DNA of 64,000 nucleotides from Patescibacteria group bacterium (GTDB lineage Bacteria > Patescibacteriota > Microgenomatia > UBA10105 > UBA927). Position 1 is the stretch's first letter. Each line of letters starts with the position of its first letter. This document shows positions 58,643 to 64,000 of the stretch, one piece after another. The notes beneath the pieces were generated by a model. That model was not told the DNA's origin. It made no database searches and worked only from the letters and a program-made list of their open reading frames with translations. Location: contig JBMOPU010000012.1 in NCBI GenBank assembly GCA_049322955.1, positions 472,150 through 536,149 on the forward strand. The letters are read 5' to 3'. A program made the position numbers and the translations under genes.

Positions 58643-59089
58643 ATGCTTCTTGATACGCTGAAATCACAACTGACGAGCGCGATGAAAGCGCATGACGCCG
58701 TAACGGTGGAAACCGTGCGGTTTCTTCTTGCCGCGGTAAGAAACATCGCCATCGATAAATACGGCGCCGAAGGGGAAGCAAAGGTGACCGATCAGGATGT
58801 TCTGGATGTTGTCAAAAAGCAGGTAAAAACCCACAACGAATCAGTTGAGGCATTTACGAAAGCGGGAAGAACCGAACTTGCCGAGCAGGAACGTGCGCAA
58901 TTAGCAGTGCTTTCGCAATACCTGCCCAAACAAATGAGTGATGGTGAATTACGTGCCGTTTTAGCGCCGGTCGCGGCAGGAGGCGGTGACTTCGGTCCGC
59001 TCATGGGGAAGGCCATGGCGGCGGTGAAAGGTCAGGCGGACGGGGGAAATGTCTCCCGTATCTTAAAGGAACTGCTCTCTTCCCAATAA
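58643..59089 (+). CDS. GatB/YqeY-domain protein
   Basis: L...L...MKA.D......R.L.A...N..I.......D.....V+K......ES...+..GR..LA..E......L..YLP. Confidence 0.8.
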   Translation: MLLDTLKSQLTSAMKAHDAVTVETVRFLLAAVRNIAIDKYGAEGEAKVTDQDVLDVVKKQVKTHNESVEAFTKAGRTELAEQERAQLAVLSQYLPKQMSDGELRAVLAPVAAGGGDFGPLMGKAMAAVKGQADGGNVSRILKELLSSQ

Positions 59090-59117
59090 ACGCTCATTGG
59101 TATATGGTGAAAGTCAC

Positions 59118-59513
59118 ATGATTGCCGTTCTTTTTACCACCGAATCGCATTTCCCCGTTAAGAAATCCACCGTTACCCAAGCGATAGAGAAATCTCTCGA
59201 AGGCAGAGTTAAACGCGATACCGAAGTGAGTGTGTCGATTATCGGAGATCGGAGGATGCAGGAACTGAACCGCACCTATCGGCAGAAAGATTATCCCACG
59301 GATGTCCTGTCGTTTCCGCAATACGATCCAAGTCAGCCGGGAGCTCCTTTTGTCGACTCCCCGGACGGAATTTTACGATTGGGTGACATCGTCGTGTCCT
59401 ATCCGCAGGCCGTACGGGAAGCTACCGAGGAAAACAAATTGGTTGATGAGAAAATCGTGGAACTTGTTCTGCACGGCCTGGAACACCTTTTGGGGAATCA
59501 CCACGAAGAATAA
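59118..59513 (+). CDS. ybeY: rRNA maturation endoribonuclease YbeY
   Basis: DVLSFP...... and HGLEHLLGNHHE (the H3xH5xH metal site). A GGTGA Shine-Dalgarno sequence lies 8 nt upstream. Confidence 0.85.
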   Translation: MIAVLFTTESHFPVKKSTVTQAIEKSLEGRVKRDTEVSVSIIGDRRMQELNRTYRQKDYPTDVLSFPQYDPSQPGAPFVDSPDGILRLGDIVVSYPQAVREATEENKLVDEKIVELVLHGLEHLLGNHHEE

Positions 59514-59628
59514 AGACGAGTGTATATGGTATATAGTTCAGAGGGGATCGTCATCGGAAACGGCGCGAGATTTGAATACCTTACCGTTTGATGAACGAGT
59601 CCCATAAGTGTTGAACCGGTAACTCAAT

Positions 59629-61089
59629 ATGTCGTTTTATCGCATCTATCGCCCTCAGGTTATTGATGAAATTGATAACGGTGCCGTTCGCGAGCAGTTA
59701 TTGACGCTTTTAGCGAAGGACCGGAGCAGGTTACCCCATGCGTTTTTCTTCACGGGGCCCAAAGGGACGGGAAAAACGACTGCCGCCCGGGTGATTGCAA
59801 AATTATTTAACTGCACGAACCTTTCTCCCACTGGCCCGTGCGGCAATTGTGATCAGTGCATGAGTATCACCAAGGGCATGAATCTCGACGTCATTGAGAT
59901 GGATGCGGCAAGTAATCGGGGCATTGATGAAATACGGCAACTGCGAGACCGCATCAACCTTACGCCGACGTCATCTTCTTTCACGGTTTATATTATCGAT
60001 GAAGTGCATATGTTAACGACTGAGGCGTTTAATGCACTCTTAAAGACCCTCGAAGAGCCGCCCCCGCACGCGGTATTTGTGCTCGCCACCACCGACGCGC
60101 ATAAGGTTCCCGCCACCATAAAGTCACGGTGTCTCGAGCTGAATTTTCATAAGGCAACCACGGCAGAAATCGTGCACGCGTTACAGCGAATCGTTGATGC
60201 GGAAAAAATAGCCATATCCGCGGACGGCTTAACCTACATTGCCGGACTTGCCGACGGATCATTCAGGGACGCGGTCAAATACCTTGAACAGGCAAGTTTG
60301 CAGGCAGGCAAAGTCACCGAGGAATCACTGCAAAAGCTATTTGCGACCCCGCAATACACCAAACTTCGGACATTCATTAGCGTATTGTTCCGTCGTGATA
60401 TAGAAGGTGTTTTGAAAAATCTTGATGAGGTGGTCGGACAGGGTATTGATCTTCGGTCATTTCTCACCTTTGTCCTTCAGGCATTGGAAGCCGACATGGT
60501 AAGTCTGGTAAAAGGGGAGAAGGATGCTGTTGCGGGTTCTCTTGATGACATCAAGCTTGCCGTCCGGCTCTTGGGACGCGCGTACGAAGAGTTACGGTTA
60601 AGTCCCGTACCGAAGTTGCCACTGGAACTTGCCGTCATTGAATTTTGTTACGCGGACACGCAACAGACTCTCCAAAAGCAGGGGGCACCCCGACCGACAT
60701 CCGCACCGGTGTCACCCGTGATACACCATGCGACTTCCGCAATGCCGTCTTCATCCGCAACAAACCATGCGCCTGCACCCGAGCCGACTCCCGCGCCGGA
60801 AGCATCCGTAGCCCCTGCGGAGTCATTGGGATTGCTGACACTCGAAAAACTCATCGAGCACTGGCCGGATTTTATCGCGACAACCAAGCCTATCAATCAT
60901 TCGGTTGCTGGTGTTCTTCGGTCCTCTAGACCGAAAGCGGTGGACAATGGTATAGTAACAATCGAAGCGTTCTATAAATTTCATCAGGAAAAACTGGCGG
61001 ATATTCACACCAAACAGATTCTTTCCGATGTCTTGAAAAAACTCTTCGGAGAAAAGGTAAAAATAGAAATTGTGTTAGGAAAAAAATAA
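59629..61089 (+). CDS. dnaX: DNA polymerase III subunit gamma/tau
   Basis: YR...F.E.....V...L........HA.LF.GP.G.GKTT.AR..AK..NC, Zn module C..C..C, and SRC motif ATTDAHKVPATIKSRC. Confidence 0.9.
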   Translation: MSFYRIYRPQVIDEIDNGAVREQLLTLLAKDRSRLPHAFFFTGPKGTGKTTAARVIAKLFNCTNLSPTGPCGNCDQCMSITKGMNLDVIEMDAASNRGIDEIRQLRDRINLTPTSSSFTVYIIDEVHMLTTEAFNALLKTLEEPPPHAVFVLATTDAHKVPATIKSRCLELNFHKATTAEIVHALQRIVDAEKIAISADGLTYIAGLADGSFRDAVKYLEQASLQAGKVTEESLQKLFATPQYTKLRTFISVLFRRDIEGVLKNLDEVVGQGIDLRSFLTFVLQALEADMVSLVKGEKDAVAGSLDDIKLAVRLLGRAYEELRLSPVPKLPLELAVIEFCYADTQQTLQKQGAPRPTSAPVSPVIHHATSAMPSSSATNHAPAPEPTPAPEASVAPAESLGLLTLEKLIEHWPDFIATTKPINHSVAGVLRSSRPKAVDNGIVTIEAFYKFHQEKLADIHTKQILSDVLKKLFGEKVKIEIVLGKK

Positions 61090-61099
61090 AGGAGGATCT

Positions 61100-61366
61100 A
61101 TGTTTAACCCGTTTAAAGCCTTAGGTGATGTCAATGCGATGCGCAAACAGGCGCTACAGATTCAGGCGGCATTGGAAGCAGAGGAATTTGAAGTTGTGAA
61201 AGGGAATGTGCGGATAGTGATTTCCGGAAATCAAAACGTGAAAACGGTTGAAATAGACGGCGTAGCCAACGATGATGTGAAAAACGCCTTAAACGAAGTC
61301 ATCAAAAAGAGCCAGCAGGCCGCCGCGATGAAACTTGCAGAAATTTCCAAAAACTTTCAGCAATAA
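61100..61366 (+). CDS. ybaB: Nucleoid-associated protein YbaB/EbfC
   Basis: An 88-aa protein (MFNPFKALGDVNAMRKQALQIQAALEAEEFE..G) in the conserved position after dnaX, with a GGAGGA Shine-Dalgarno sequence. Confidence 0.8.
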   Translation: MFNPFKALGDVNAMRKQALQIQAALEAEEFEVVKGNVRIVISGNQNVKTVEIDGVANDDVKNALNEVIKKSQQAAAMKLAEISKNFQQ

Positions 61367-61452
61367 TCGCGTTGTCTCCTGAGCTTGTTTCAGAATCCGT
61401 CCGGTAGTCTGGTGGATTCAGGCTCGGTGGTCGGAATGATCCGACGAAGTAT

Positions 61453-62394
61453 ATGAGGATAATCGTTACCGGATCGCTAGGGTACGACTACATCATGAAT
61501 TTTTCCGGCCGGTTTGCCGACCGGATTATGCCGGATAAACTGCATCAGATTTCCTTAAGTTTTCTTGCCGACAAACTTTCCAAAAACCTTGGGGGCACGG
61601 CGGGGAATCTTGCCTATACGCTCAAACTTCTCGGTGAAGAGCCCGTGATTCTTTCGTCCGCGGGTAATGATTTTACGGATTATCGTGATTTTCTGGAGAA
61701 ACACGGTATATCGCTTGAGGGGATTACCGTGGCAAACGACGAACCCTGCGGTTCCTATCATGTCATAACGGATAGCGACGATAACCAGATCGGTGCGTTT
61801 TATACCGGTGCGACAAAATATAACAAAAACCTTTCCCTCGAAAGTACCAAACAATCGGATTTTGTGGTGATCGGACCCAACGACCCGAAAGCAATGAAAA
61901 ATTTTGTAACCGAATGCATCAAGCGGAAATTCCGTTACATGTATGATCCCGCATTTCAGATAGGAAATTTTTCTCCGGAAGAGCTGAAAAGCGCGATTGA
62001 AAATGCAGAATTGGTTATCGGAAATGATTATGAGATAGCACTTATTGAGCAGAAATTGGAAATATCTCATGAGGAGCTTATTCTCATGGGACCCAAAGCG
62101 GTGATTACGACATTAGGTGCCAAAGGAGCGATTATCGAGACACGCCATGAGGCGATACATATAAAGCCCGCGAAAGCAAAAAATGTATCCGATCCGACCG
62201 GTGCGGGGGACGCATTCCGCGGCGGATTTCTTGCCGGGTATCTCAACGGTATGGATTTACCGGTTGCGGGACAGATGGGTGCGGTTGCGGCGGTCTATAC
62301 GGTGGAAAAATACGGTACCGTCACGCATCACTACTCGAAAGAACAATTCCGAAAACGGTACGAAGAAAATTATATGCTTCCGCTTCCGCTCTGA
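61453..62394 (+). CDS. PfkB-family carbohydrate/nucleoside kinase (adenosine-kinase-like)
   Basis: N-terminal GG.AGN.A and C-terminal DPTGAGDAF..GFL.G (the PfkB signature 2). Confidence 0.75.
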   Translation: MRIIVTGSLGYDYIMNFSGRFADRIMPDKLHQISLSFLADKLSKNLGGTAGNLAYTLKLLGEEPVILSSAGNDFTDYRDFLEKHGISLEGITVANDEPCGSYHVITDSDDNQIGAFYTGATKYNKNLSLESTKQSDFVVIGPNDPKAMKNFVTECIKRKFRYMYDPAFQIGNFSPEELKSAIENAELVIGNDYEIALIEQKLEISHEELILMGPKAVITTLGAKGAIIETRHEAIHIKPAKAKNVSDPTGAGDAFRGGFLAGYLNGMDLPVAGQMGAVAAVYTVEKYGTVTHHYSKEQFRKRYEENYMLPLPL

Positions 62395-62395
62395 T

Positions 62396-62956
62396 ATGGA
62401 AACTTCACGTATCGTCAAAACATTTACGAGTAAAAAAGGAACGGAAGTAACGTTTCGGTACCCCTCTCCGACCGATTTTGACCGGCTGTGGTCATTTGCC
62501 TGCGATATCGGCGCGGAAGATACCTATGTTGCCCTGTCGGCGCCTCCCACCGAAGAGGAAGAGCGCACGTTTTTTGACGGGATGATACAGGATGTGACCA
62601 AGCGTGAGTCCGTGTATCTCCTCGCGTTTGTCGGCGATACGCTCATCGGCAACGGACGGGTAACCAGAGGGAAAGGAAGACATCACCACGTGGGAAATAT
62701 GGGAATTTCGCTTCGTGCGCCGTATCGGAACGAGGGGATTGGATTTGCCCTTATGCAATCACTTATTGACGAAGCGCGCGCCTTGGGATTACGATTGCTC
62801 ACGTTAACGTGCTTTGAAACAAACGCGCCGGCACTTCATGTCTATGAGAAGTTAGGGTTTCGGAAGGCAGGCGTGATACCGGAAGCGATCCGATTCAAAG
62901 AACAGTACGTCGGTGAAGTTCATTTATACCTGCCCCTTACCGAGAAAGAAAAATAA
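62396..62956 (+). CDS. GNAT-family N-acetyltransferase
   Basis: The RNEGIGFALMQSLIDEA acetyl-CoA-binding motif (R/Q-x-x-G-x-G/A). The start ATG overlaps the upstream TGA. Confidence 0.75.
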   Translation: METSRIVKTFTSKKGTEVTFRYPSPTDFDRLWSFACDIGAEDTYVALSAPPTEEEERTFFDGMIQDVTKRESVYLLAFVGDTLIGNGRVTRGKGRHHHVGNMGISLRAPYRNEGIGFALMQSLIDEARALGLRLLTLTCFETNAPALHVYEKLGFRKAGVIPEAIRFKEQYVGEVHLYLPLTEKEK

Positions 62957-62964
62957 TCATATAA

Positions 62965-64000
<1,036 letters not shown>

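Overview
A 64-kb chromosomal segment from a compact bacterial genome. It uses the standard genetic code: TAA, TAG and TGA all terminate clearly homologous genes. GC content is about 50%, intergenic spacers are very short, many genes have no Shine-Dalgarno sequence, and the 16S rRNA carries several universal-primer mismatches. Together these point to a CPR/Patescibacteria-like lineage (inference). The content falls into five blocks. (1) 1-16.6 kb: cell-envelope genes. These are a PBP transpeptidase C-terminus, a UDP-galactopyranose-mutase-like flavoenzyme, GT2 glycosyltransferases, a glycosidase, dprA, topA, uppP, two PAP2 phosphatases and three tandem membrane-anchored SGNH hydrolases. (2) 16.9-18.4 kb: a stand-alone 16S rRNA gene followed by a terminator and a HAD hydrolase, with no 23S behind it. 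(3) 19.4-25 kb: two convergent YfhO-family membrane proteins flanking tRNA-Cys, a disrupted GIY-YIG nuclease gene, and tRNA-Ile. (4) 25-50 kb: an L,D-transpeptidase, transporters, and a dense set of nucleotide/one-carbon genes. These include two cytidylate-kinase-like paralogs, a NUDIX hydrolase, dcd, an unusual MtrA-like::ThyA-like fusion, glmS-nagB-GT4, a deoxynucleoside kinase, a HAD hydrolase, a DNPH1-like::Tmk fusion, a Maf-like protein and glyA. (5) 50-64 kb: housekeeping genes. These are rpsB-tsf-frr (no pyrH), rseP, a T-box-like leader in front of csaA-like-proS, rpsU, ybeY, dnaX, ybaB, an adenosine-kinase-like PfkB kinase, a GNAT and ahcY (partial). No CRISPR array, transposase or integrase was found. 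The most notable items are the MtrA::ThyA fusion operon, a recurring UCUGGC-N3-GCCAGA hairpin in front of three genes, the T-box-like leader, tRNA-end duplications flanking small insertions, and a long structured glmS leader.
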